The position numbers and the translations under genes are program-made. Shown one piece after another: positions 26,122 to 37,724 of a stretch of 64,000 bases of DNA. Below the pieces are notes generated by a model. It was not told the DNA's origin, searched no databases, and saw only the letters and a program-made list of their open reading frames with translations. Numbering within the stretch: the stretch's first letter is position 1; each line of letters opens with the position of its first letter. Source of the DNA: Eledone cirrhosa (lineage: Eukaryota). Location of the stretch: positions 9,548,001 to 9,612,000 of the forward strand of contig OZ024763.1 in the NCBI GenBank assembly GCA_964016885.1, in the 5' to 3' direction.

Positions 26122-27330
26122 AAAAAGCCTTCAACAGAGTGCCCTGTGCTATAATCTGGTGGGCTCTTAGAAAACTAGAAGTAGATGAATGGCTTGTGAA
26201 AGCTGTACAAGCCATGTATAGGGGAGCAGTCAGAAAAGTTAGGGTTAACAATGACTATAGCAAATAATTTATCATACAGGTTGGTGTCCACCAGGGCTCT
26301 GTTCTTAGACCTCTCCTGTTTATTATAGTATTGCAGGCTATAACAGAAGAGTTTAAGGCCAGATGCCCATGGGAACTTCTGTATGTGGATGATTTTACAC
26401 TTATAGCTGAATCTATGGCAGAACTAAAGAGGAAATTCCAAACATAGAAGCAGGGATTAGAAAGAAAGGGTCTCAATGTCAACCTGACAAAGACTAAGGT
26501 CCTCATAAGTAGACAAGAAAACAGAGCCCAGATTCCCTCATGGAAATGGCCTTGCTCAGTATGTAGGAAAGGTGTAGGTAGGAACTCCATCCTCTGCCCC
26601 AAATACAAACTATGGGTACACAAGAGATGTAGTGGGATCTCAGGAAGCTTAGTTAAAAATATAAGCTATACATGTAGCAGCTGCACCGGGACAGGAAGCA
26701 GCAAATGGCCATAGGAAACAAGCACTACCAAACTCTGGGAGGGCTCTGTAGAAACATTAACAGCTTTTGCTACCTAGGTGACCGAATTAGCAACGGCAAA
26801 GCATAAACGAATTGAGAGAGAGACTGAGCATAAGAGGAATCAAATGCTGTGTGCAGGAGAGGAGGTTGCGTTGGTATGGACACGTGATGCGCATGAAGGA
26901 TGACAGCTGCATAAAAAGGTGCAGAGCACTAGAAGTCAATGGAAGCCTTGAAGTGGGGAGACCTAAGAACACCTGGGATGAGTTGATAAAAGGCAATGAC
27001 ACAGAACCATGACCTCTGGCGTCCTGCAATAATACAGAAGACCCGACTTCCCACGGGTACAAGCTGAAGCTGAAGCATATGGATAATATACCCCCACCAC
27101 CTCCCACTGCAAAGTGGTTGTGTAGGTGCCATGGAAAAAAAAGCACCCAGCACTCATTGTAAATGAGGTTGGTGTTAGGAAGGGCATCCAGCTGTAGAAA
27201 TCAAGCCAAAATCAGTTCCCATATGAGCAAGACAAGGTCACCTGACCTGGCAGTGCCCACAACAGGATAACCCGTCCAACCCATGCTAACATGGAAGAAT
27301 GGACGTAAAACGGTGATGATGATGATGATT
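26122..27330 (+). mobile_element. RTE-clade LINE (subfamily C) with internal deletion
   Basis: VGVHQGSVL.PLLF, WELLYVDD, PHD remnant, RWYGHVMRM; (GAT)n tail. Confidence 0.88.
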
Positions 27331-27362
<32 letters not shown>

Positions 27363-27849
27363 TATATACACACACACACACATATATATATATATTATAT
27401 ATATATATATCATTGTTTCGCCTTGATGAATGAGAAATTTAGGAAATGTAAGTCAAGATAAAGCCAGGCATACACCAACCATTCAGTGTTTTCTGGGATT
27501 ATTTTAGATATGGTTTATCTCACCTGTTTACAATAGGTACACATAGTATCAAAACCCCAGCTTATGTGGGGTTTACATTGACTAATCTGGGGTATTACAT
27601 ACTAATAAGTCCAGATCAAACAACAACAGCAGCAGCAACAACAACAACAACAGCCTGTGTGAGATGCCCGATGCTGCATGGTAGTGAGACATGGGCAGCA
27701 ACTGTGGTGAGAGTTGATCTCAGATCGCTGAAGCTCTCAGAGAAATGATGAAGGAGCGTGACAAATGGATGGATGCTGTGCTGAAAAGGACCCGTCCCAC
27801 CCTTGCATGCAAGGAAAAGCAGACGTAAAATGATGATGTTGATGATGAT

Positions 27850-28984
27850 TCATTATATATATATAAAATTCTTTGTCCCTCTGTCTGTCTTTTCCTTATG
27901 GCTTGACCAAATCAAATCAAATTAGACCCCAGGATTAACAACATGTAATTCTTATTTTCATTTGGATTAAAACAATACATTTTATCTAAAATAATCTACT
28001 ATAGTCAACTCTAAGGAAACAACATTTTATAACACGACGACGACGTCGCGTTTTGTATCTGAGCGTGTGTGTTTGTGAGTGTGCGTGAGTGTGTGTGTTT
28101 GTGAGTGTGTATGTGTTTGTGAGTGTGTGTGTTTGTGAGTGTGTGTGTTTGTGAGTCTGTGTGTTTGTGCGTTCGTTACACCTTAGTAAGTTACATACAT
28201 ACACATCTCCACGTAAATACATAATCTGATACAGAGAATTAAACATACAGATATCTACACATACATATACATATGTGATGACTGACAAGTATATGTGTGT
28301 GTGAGTATACATACATTTCTTTGATGACTGACATAATGAAACGCTGTATGAATGTATGTCTGTGTGTGTTATTTATAAGTGTATGTTTGTGTGAATGTAA
28401 GTGTGTCTGTTTATATTTATATTCTCATACTGTTAAATTAGCAGTTAATATATTTGCTTATATTTGGTTAATTTTCACTGCATACAAAAATAGAGATTAA
28501 TACATGTTTCTTTTGGATGTTGATACTTATTTGTTTACAATATTGAAAAAAAATGTCTTTATTCCCCAAATTTCTCTCATACCTACAACTGTTACATTTG
28601 AATTTAAGAGGCTTCAGTCTCCAGTCAACCTAACTTTTGTTATTTCAATTAACAACTCTCAGGGTCAATCCCTCAAGGTAGTTGGACTTGATCACTCTAC
28701 TACATGTTTCTCCCACGGTCAACTCTATATTGATTGCTCAGCAACAATTTATTAATTTGGACACCAACAAAATATTACACAATGAATATTATTTACCCTG
28801 AAGTGCTTCAAGTTTGACAGATTTTCATTTCTAAATTCTATTATCATTACAATTTTGATATTTAAAAAAAATAAAATATAGCTATTTTGAAATAATTATG
28901 AGGAAAAAAATATCTTCATATTTATTGTTTACTAATCTGAAAAAGAACAGCAGTAACCCGGGTAATGCCGGGTCGTTCAGCTAG
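27850..28984 (+). mobile_element. Helitron derivative with Pif1-like helicase C-terminal fragment
   Basis: 28504-28755 FIPQISLIP..FEFKRLQSPV...INNSQGQSL.VVGLD....FSHGQLY; 3' hairpin acccggg..ccgggt then CTAG|T. Confidence 0.88.
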
Positions 28985-29024
28985 TATACAATATATATGT
29001 ACAATATATACATTATATATACAC

Positions 29025-29996
29025 AATAAGCACTATAAAATTCTGGGAAGGTTCAGTAGAAGCAGTAGACAGCTTCTGCTACCTGGGTGACCAAATTAGC
29101 AGCGGAGGTGGGTGTTCTGAAAGTGCAGTAGCCAGAGAAAGAACGAGATGGAAGAAGTTCAGGGAGCTAGTACTGCTGCTAGCTACTAAAGGTTTTTCCC
29201 TCAAAATGAAAGGCAGACTGTATGATGCATATGAACAGCAATATTGTATGGTAGTGAGATTTGGGGGCTGGTGCAGAAGACTTGTGTAGATTGGAAAGGA
29301 ATGAAGCCTGTATGCTCTGATGGATGTGTAATAGTAATATATGTGAACGGCAAAGCATAAATGAAGTAAGAGAGAAACTAGGCATAAGAGGAATCAGATG
29401 CAGTGTGCAGGAGAGGAGGTTGCGTTGGTATGGACATGTGATGCATACGAAGGATCACAGCTGCATAAAAAGGTGCAGAGCACTCATAGTCGATGGAAGA
29501 CTTGAGATGAGGTGAGAAAAGCTAACTTTGTTCGATTGCACCTCTCAAAGAAAATGATATAGGACTGAGATCTCTGGCGTTATGCAGTAATTCAGAAGAC
29601 CTGCTTTCCCATGGGCTGAAGCTGAAGCATACATGTAGTATGCACCACCCCCGCCTTCACCCCACCCTCCCATACATCTCCCACGAAGACAGGTTGACGC
29701 ATACATCTAGTGAAGCTTTCAGCCCACACTGTTAAGTTGTTGTGATGGTGACATGACAAAAAGCACTCAGCCTACACTGTAAAGTGGTTGTGTAGGTGTT
29801 ACAACAAAAAGCACCCGGTACTCACTGTAAATGTGGTTGTCATTCGGAAGGGCATCCCGCTGTAGAAACCAAGCCAAAATTAGTTCTGTAGGAGAAAGAT
29901 AAGGTCATCTGACCTGCCATTGTTCACAACCAGACAACTTGTTTAACCCATGCTAGTGTGGAAAAATGGATGTTAAACGATGATGATGATGATGAT
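29025..29996 (+). mobile_element. RTE subfamily C 3' part
   Basis: VDSFCYLGD, RWYGHV; 3' UTR with ~45-bp subrepeats; (GAT)n tail. Confidence 0.85.
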
Positions 29997-30091
29997 ATAT
30001 TATATACACTATATCAATACACATACACTGTATGTATATATAATATACACTATCTCCATTACATATACACTATATATACATTATGTACACT

Positions 30092-31128
30092 ATCATCATC
30101 ATCATCATCGTTGTTTAATATCCACCTTCCAGGCTAGCATGGGTTCGACGAGTTGTCCCATTTGAGGCGGTAGTAGCTCCTTGTCCAGTTCTTAGTCTGG
30201 CTACTGCACATTCACAACACCCTCCTCCACTGCTGATTACATCACCCAAGAAATGGAAATTGTCAACTATTTCTACAGATCCGTCAGGGCATTTGAAGGA
30301 GCTAATATCCTGTGGACACCTGCCACTTACTGCAGCTGAGCATCGGCTGCATATCCTATGTTCCTTGATAGCCTACCAGTGATCTCACTACATATTTTAT
30401 GTACCCATAGCTTACATTTGGGATATAGAATAGAATATCTACCTACTCCTTCCCTGCATATTGAGCAAGGCCATTTGCCAGTGGGGATCTGGGCCCTATT
30501 TTCCTTTCTACATACTAGGATATATATACACTATATACATTACACATACACTATATATATTATATACACTATAAATGTTTTGCAAGAGAAAGGCAACACG
30601 ATACAGTGTGTCACCTGTGTTACTACAACTCAGTTTTTTTTCCAGAAGTGATAGGAACAATGACAGGAGATAAAACGAGCAATGGGGAGACCCAAGATGA
30701 CCTGGGATGAAGTGATAAAAGCCGACCTTACCCAATTACACCTCTCAAAGGCGATGACACACGACCGTGACCACTGGCGTCACGCAGTAATACAGAGTAC
30801 CCGACCTCCCATGGGTACAAGCTGAAGCATATAGACAATATGCCCCCACACCCCCCACCGCAAGGTGGTCGTGGAGGTGCCACGGCAAAAAAGCACCCAG
30901 CCCACACTGTAAAGTGGACGTGTAGGCGCCACGAAAAAGCACCCAGCACTCACTGTAAATGAGGTTGGTGTTAGGAAGGGCATCCAGCTGTAGAAATCAA
31001 GCCAAATCAGTTCCTGTATGAGCAAGGCATGGTCAGTCGACCAGACACTGCCCACAACAGGACAACCCGTCTAACCCATGCTAGCGTGGAAGAACGGACG
31101 TAAAACGGTGATGATGATGATGATGATG
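30092..31128. mobile_element. RTE fragments (minus ~30092-30520; plus ~30660-31128)
   Basis: PHD-region homology on the minus strand; subfamily C 3' end with (GAT)n on the plus strand. Confidence 0.75.
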
Positions 31129-33074
31129 AATGTGCAATAAAGTGTCTTACCGTAGAACACAATATGCCGCCTACTTCAGGACTTAAACCCAACCTTACAA
31201 TCATGGGCTGAACACACTAACTGCTTAACTAAACATCTTCAATGATATCAGAAAATGTCAACTGTAAACTAACAAACTGAAGCAGGTCAGTTAAGACTTT
31301 AAAATAATGGAAGATATCAGAGTTTTCTCCCTTACATTAGCTGATAGACATGATTTGGTGGGCGAATGGAGTATTGCTGAGAGAGAGGATTTGCAGAGGA
31401 TGATGGGATTAGAGCCAGTGATGAATGTTGTGAAGAGAAATGGAATGAGAAGGTTGGGTCATGTGTTGAGGAAGGATGAATATGACTCGGTGAGATGAGT
31501 AGGAGCAATAGAACCAGTGATGAATGTTGTAAAGTGAAATGGAATAAGATGGTTGGGTCATGTGTTGAGGAATTTTGAAAGTGACTGCATTTGTGGAGAT
31601 TGATAGAATGAAATGGTTGGGTCATGTGTTGAGCAAGGATGAAAGAATGAGAGAAATGATGGGAATTAATATTAATGGAAGTAAAGGATGAGGAAGACTA
31701 ATAAAAACATGGCTAGGGATAATGGAGGAGGAAATGAAAGCTAGGGGATGATGCAGATAATAGGGGGGGGGGGGCATGTCATGCGGCTCATAGAGCTAAA
31801 GCCTTCTTTAGGAGGGAAAATAGCCTTAAAATGCTTCTTGTATTGAGAGGTCATGGGGTAGTTTTTGAGGTAATGTTTTACAACTGGATACCTTGCCTGG
31901 CCCTAACTCTTTCAGTCACATATTATGACACACAAGGATACAGTGTACCCATTTAGGGATACAGTGTACCCATTCTGAACCAAATAGATGCAATATCAGA
32001 TATCCTTTGTGAAATAACATTAAAAATGTAACAAAAAGTAATTATTTTTGTCATAATTAATGATTTAGCAGGAAATATCTAAAAATGTTATAGTATCTTT
32101 ACTAGTAATATTAGTAAAGACTTCAATTTTTTGTCATTCAGTCATAGTGATATTTGATACTTTTCAAGAATGTATTGGTAATGTGGTTTGTTAATTCAAA
32201 TGAGTATATGATATTGACTAGTTAACAGATTATTGTGAAAATTTGCAATATTAGACTAAACACTTTACTTTTTCATGTGATGAAGTCATTGTGATGTTCA
32301 GAACTTTTCAAGAATGTCTTGCTAATGCAGATTCATACAGTACAAGATGTTAAGAATTAACATTGCATTTGGAACATAACTTCATAAAGAAACCTTTACA
32401 TAAAATTATATTGGAAGCTTTTTTTCTTTAGATATAAACACTTTAAGATATACAATTTTGTATTGTAAAATTAGAGGCAGTTTCAGGTGGGATGATGTCA
32501 ATAGGGTTAAACCGTTTGATACAATATGTCTAATAAAGGACCCTGCATATGATTAATAATAAAAAATTTGGAAAAATTTAATAATATAACTATCTCCTCT
32601 TTATTAATCTGGTGTCTGGAACATAAATTGTCAAGGCTCTTCCATAAATTATGTAGACAATTATGTAGACAATTATAAATAACTGAAAAGAAATAGCTTT
32701 GTATTGTAGAACGAGGGGCAGTTCAGGTCATTTGGTGAACTTACAAATGAAGATGAACTTACCTGAAAAATTGAAGTTTTACTGATTGTCACTATTGGTT
32801 ATGTTGTGGCAAGAGAAATAGTATAGTAATAGTTAAATAGACACAAGTGTTTATGTTTGACTGGTAGCAATGTTTCAGTCTATCAACGAAGCTTGTCACT
32901 GCTTGTTCTTACAAAATTAAGAAGCATGTGTAATTAAATCTCAAAAAGCCCGTCTACTTTACATGCAGAGTCACTTATAAAACATCATATATTTAAATTC
33001 TAATACATATTGCAGACAAGCTTCTCAGATTAATTATTTAATTTGAAAATAAATTTATGATGATGATCATCATT

Positions 33075-33255
33075 GGCAGTATCGGTAGAGGGTCGGATGC
33101 CATGCTTTCCAGCATAGTTACGTCCCTTAACGATCTGAGTTCAAATCCCACTGAGGTTGACTTTGCCTTTCATCCTTACGGGGGTCGATAAAATAAAGTA
33201 CCAGTAATATACTGAGTAATTGCTGGCCTTGTGCCAAAAAGTAGAAACAATTATT
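33075..33255 (+). mobile_element. MetaSINE-like SINE
   Basis: Same blocks as 25440-25630. Confidence 0.8.
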
Positions 33256-34030
33256 ATCATCACCATCATGGTTTTATATCTATCTTTCCTCCTGACATAT
33301 TGGATAAGTTGTCATAGTCTGTGACTATGCAGATCAAGAGACCACATCTTGCTGATATGATCAGTTTTTGACTTGGTTCTCTATGGCTTACATAAACCAT
33401 ATTATTTTGTTGTGGCAACAGTATGACCATCTTACAGGGTGGACTGTGTGCTTTTTTGTAGTGGCATCAACACGACCCCTTACAGGGTGGATACAGTGCT
33501 TTTTGTCATGACACCAAAACTACCTCCTTATACTGTTGACTGGGTTGTTTTTGTTTTGTTTTTTTGTTATGGCACCGGCCCTACCGCTTTCCAGAGTGTA
33601 CTGCATGCATTTTATCATGGCATCAACACTACCACCTTACAAGGTACATTTTGTTGTGGCACTAACATTACCACTTTACAGAGTGTACCAGGTGCATTAT
33701 ATCGTGGCATGAACAATAGAAAGGTGGTCATATGCTCGGCGAGAATGAAGAATCCTCTCCACCCTGAAATGATCTCCATAATTAAATTTTAGAAATCCCA
33801 TCATTTTCACACATAAAATCAAATAAATTAAAATTCATATGCAAATTGAGACAAATATTTTAAATTAATCATTGTTAAATTGAATAGGAAATTATTGATA
33901 TATACAAATATTTCTGATCATCATTATTGTTTTATGTCCAGTGTTTATGGTAGCATTTGTTGGATAGGTTACCACAACCTGAGTCAGGTTTTCTACAGCC
34001 CGATGTCCTTCCGAACATGAACCCACTAAG

Positions 34031-34187
34031 TTACTGAGGGATGTATTCTTTACACAGGACATGAACAAATGTCACCCCTTGTGTGCATATGTGTGTGTGT
34101 GTGGTGTATATATATACACACACTCACATATGCACACAAGGGGTGACATTTGTTCATGTCCTGTGTAAAGAATACATTCCTCAGTAA
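34031..34187. repeat. Palindrome with ~77-bp arms centred on (TG)n(TA)n(CA)n
   Basis: ttactgagg...tgtgtgcatatg / catatgcacaca...cctcagtaa. Confidence 0.9.
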
Positions 34188-34189
34188 TT

Positions 34190-34940
34190 TTTTTCAATGC
34201 TAACATGGATTTAACATTGTCCTGTTGTGAGAAATACCAGGTCAGGTGACCATGTCTTGCTCATACAGAACTGATGTTGGCCTGGTTTCCACAGTTGGAT
34301 TCCCTGCCTAACGCCAACTAGATTTACAGTGCTTTTTGTTGTGACATCTACACAACCACTTTACTGTCTGGGCTAGGTGCTTTTTGTTGTGACACCTACA
34401 TGACTACTTTACTCTGTGGGCTGGGTGCTTTTTGTCGTGACACCTACACAACCACTTTACAGTGTGGGCTGGGTGTTTTTTGTCGTGTTGCCATCACGAA
34501 CACTTTACAGTGGGGTGGTGCATACTATATGTATGCTTCAGCCTTTGCCCATGGGAATGTGGGTCTTCTGTATTACTGAATAATACCAGAGATCTTGGTC
34601 CTATGTCATTGTCTTTGAGACGTGCAATTGTACAATGTCAGCTTTTATTACATCAACCCCAGTCTCCCATCGAGTGTTATACAGCTGTCATCTTTCATAC
34701 ACATTACATGTCCGTACCAATGCAATCTGCTCTCCCGCATGCAGCATCTGATTCCTCTTATGCCTAGTTTCTCTCTCAGTTCGTTTAAGCTTTGCTGTTG
34801 CTGTATATTACTATTACATATCCATTGGAACTTCATTTCTTTCCAATCTTCGTTAGTCTTCTGCACACCCACTCCCACTGTTAAACTTCCTGAGTGCCCA
34901 TAGTTTACATTTGGGACAGAGGATGGAATTTCTACCTGTT
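34190..34940 (-). mobile_element. RTE subfamily C decayed 3' part
   Basis: LREKLGIRGIRCC..RLHWYGHV; 3' UTR subrepeats. Confidence 0.8.
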
Positions 34941-34949
34941 GTGTGTTTA

Positions 34950-35172
34950 CAACACACAAAAACAAGATGGTGTAGGACAGAACAAAGGAGAAATACACAA
35001 AATAAAAACCTAGTCACTGAGGAGGTCACAGAATGTGTGACGAAAGAGCTTTGACAATATATAAACAACCTTCTGGTTATCGAACCAACCAACCGGAAAT
35101 TTGTAATAAATTAAAGTGAAAACCAACTGGTGCGTGTGTTCTTATTGGCAACATGACCCTTCCAAAGTATAA
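34950..35172 (+). mobile_element. PLE terminal repeat with minimal hammerhead (35013-35055)
   Basis: gtca CTGAGGA g gtcaca/tgtgac GAA A GAGC T T tgac; paralogue at 24420-24630 lies behind a GIY-YIG fragment. Confidence 0.72.
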
Positions 35173-35277
35173 GAATGTGTGTGTATATATATATATATGT
35201 TTGTATGTATATGTATGGGGATAGATATGTGCATGTGGGTGTGTATACACACATATATGTGTGTATCATCATCATCA

Positions 35278-35766
35278 TCATGGAAAGGCATCACTAAGTC
35301 CAAGCCATACGCAAGGGGTAATCCATCTTGTGGACTATGTATTGATGAACGAATAAATATTCTAAAGAGATTACGCAATAGCGATTGCCTAAACTGAAGG
35401 AATGAATTCTTCACACGTTGTCCACACGTCTGGAAACACCTCTTACATAACTACAAAGCTCCGGATTGAATTACAACATCCTAATTTTCATATCAACTAG
35501 AAACTTTCGGACTTTCGCAGTTATCTCCCTTACGCCTCTTGCACGCAATTTAGTATTGCCTGAGTGAAGTGACTGTTTCTGCACATGTGCGTTCATACGG
35601 GTGTCCTTCCTGTTCTGTATAACCATGTCCATTATGAGCTGAGGATCTGCTAAGGTGAAACAATTGTTCTCGGTTGGTGAACTAACTGTTGTGTAACCAC
35701 TTCTACCTAACTCGTCCCATAGACTGAGTGCTCTACCACTACGGATATTACCTTCCAGTGTTCTAC

Positions 35767-35770
<4 letters not shown>
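35278..35770 (+). mobile_element. Penelope-like element (Naiad-like) 3' end: GIY-YIG C-terminus, hammerhead and tail
   Basis: WKGITKSKPY...CGLCIDERINI...LN*RNEFFTRCPH.WKHLL, then gag CTGAGGA..GAAACAATTGTT ctc (35636-35671); ends in (TA)n. Confidence 0.8.
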
Positions 35771-35816
<46 letters not shown>

Positions 35817-35908
35817 TATTTTGCAATTAATTAAAAGCATTTTGAAGACCTTACGCTATTGTTTTAAAGTAGTGACTATGTCACTTACTTCTTTTTTCAA
35901 CAAACAAA

Positions 35909-36298
35909 GGCACATGGCTTAGTGGTTAGAGCATTGGCCTTGCAATCGAAAGGTTGTGAGTTCAATTCTCAGACCGGGCGATGTGTTGTTTCTTTGAGCA
36001 AGACACTTTATTTCACATTGCTCTAGTTTACTCAGCTGCAGAAATGAGATGATGGGGACTGGGGTCCCTATCATTCCACTGCAAAGTGGTCGTGGAGGTG
36101 CCACGGCAAAAAAGCACCCAGCCCACACTGTAAAGTGGACGTGTAGGCACCACGGAAAAAAAGGACCCAGCACTCACTGTAAATGACGTTGGTGTCAGGA
36201 AGGGCATCCAGCTGTAGAAATCAAGCCAGAATCAGTTCCCGTCCTACCCTTGCAAGCGGGGAAAAGAGGACGTAAAACTGATGATGATGATGATGATG
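35909..36298 (+). mobile_element. Full-length tRNA-derived CORE-type SINE with RTE-derived tail
   Basis: A box TGGCTTAGTGG, B box GAGTTCAATTC, CORE-like ttgagcaagacactt, RTE-like 3' end + (GAT)n; interrupts the hammerhead repeat at caaag|ggag. Confidence 0.88.
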
Positions 36299-36307
36299 AA
36301 AGGGAGA

Positions 36308-36355
36308 TAAGCTGACAGATCTCCGTTTCATACTGTTGGTATTCCTCAGAGCTTA
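36308..36355 (-). ncRNA. Type I hammerhead ribozyme motif
   Basis: taagct CTGAGGA ataccaacagtat GAAAC ggagatct GTC agctta. Confidence 0.8.
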
Positions 36356-36449
36356 GCACTCCCCTTGTTTCTGGAAAATTATTAATGTTGGATTCTTATA
36401 GAATTCCAGTAATAATCAGGAACTAATCAGGAAATAATAAGGGGAGTAC

Positions 36450-36495
36450 TAAGCTCTGAGGAATACCAACAATATGAAACAGATCTGTCAGGTTA
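36450..36495 (+). ncRNA. Type I hammerhead ribozyme motif
   Basis: taagct CTGAGGA ataccaacaatat GAAAC agatct GTC aggtta. Confidence 0.72.
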
Positions 36496-36765
36496 TCTCC
36501 CTTTGTTTGTTGAAAAAAGAGGTAAGTAACATAGTCACTACTTTAAAACAATAGCGTAAGGTCTTCAAAATGCTTTTAATTAAGCATACAGTGTATTGCA
36601 AAATACACTGTATATACATTCATATATATATCGCTATTTCAGAGCACCAATTCTAATTTTCAATTTTTGCTGGACCAGCAACCGCTCTGTATAATCAGTT
36701 CCTGATTATTACTGGAATTCTATAAGAATCCAACATTCATAATTTTCAACAAACAAGGGGAGTGC

Positions 36766-36813
36766 TAAGCTCTGAGGAATACTAACAGTATGAAACAGCG
36801 ATCTGTCAGCTTA
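36766..36813 (+). ncRNA. Type I hammerhead ribozyme, apparently intact; predicted cleavage after 36807
   Basis: Stem I taagct/agctta (6 bp), CTGAGGA, stem II atact/agtat (5 bp), GAA, stem III acag/ctgt (4 bp), GUC triplet. Confidence 0.88.
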
Positions 36814-36929
36814 TCTCCCTTTATTTGTTGAAAAAAGAAGTAAGTCACTACTTTAAAACAATAGCGTAAGGTCGTGAAAATAAGCTATAAAATATATTTA
36901 ATCAACAGCCACGAAATTTAGCACATAAA

Positions 36930-37150
<221 letters not shown>

Positions 37151-37340
37151 CAATATGTGTAAGTCAAACATTTTATTGGCTGTGATCTCATCAGGCAGTA
37201 AGAATTAATGTAGAAAAAACATGCTGATTCCAGTTCCTTTGAGGACTAACAACACACCCAGGAGTGGACATATTGATGAATTAACAGGGTAGAACACATT
37301 ACAACACCATGTTTACCTGTTTTTTCTACATTAATGCTTA

Positions 37341-37393
37341 CTGCCTGATGAGGTCACAGCCAATAATGGCTGTCACTGAAATATATATAGCAG
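37341..37393 (+). ncRNA. Type I hammerhead ribozyme motif in an inverted-arm insert (~37173-37420)
   Basis: ctgc CTGATGA [acagcca/tggctgt] GAA ATATATAT A gcag; 37173-37221 is the reverse complement of 37318-37365. Confidence 0.82.
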
Positions 37394-37523
37394 AGAATTA
37401 GAATAAACAAAGCTAACTTTAACATGTTTGACATACATAGAGTAAACAAACCAGCCTGCGTTCTTCGTTGAGTATTCCAACTTGCATACTGAGGTGTCGG
37501 TAAACAACCAACACATGCTCAAA

Positions 37524-37593
<70 letters not shown>

Positions 37594-37724
37594 TGAATGA
37601 CTACTGCCATAGTCAACATTGGTTGACTGCACCAATACCGCATGCACACACATTTGGTTGAGTATTTCAATTGCACGCACATGGCAGACAAGGAAGGCCA
37701 CACATTGTTCCCTTCCCCGACATA

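Larger units (their letters stand above)
35813..36875. mobile_element. Hammerhead-bearing repeat present three times (minus 35813-36425, split by a SINE; plus 36438-36612; plus 36686-36875)
   Basis: Arms are near-identical or reverse complements; each contains the same hammerhead. Confidence 0.85.

Noticed and set aside
26053-26124. 28-bp-arm hairpin before an RTE fragment
   Set aside because: Real but short and diverged, with no ribozyme core, tail or paralogue in the window; no function can be assigned.
35395-35397. In-frame TGA in the Naiad-like ORF as selenocysteine
   Set aside because: It falls at the basic position of the LN(K/R)R.E motif, not a Cys column; more simply a CGA/AGA>TGA decay mutation.
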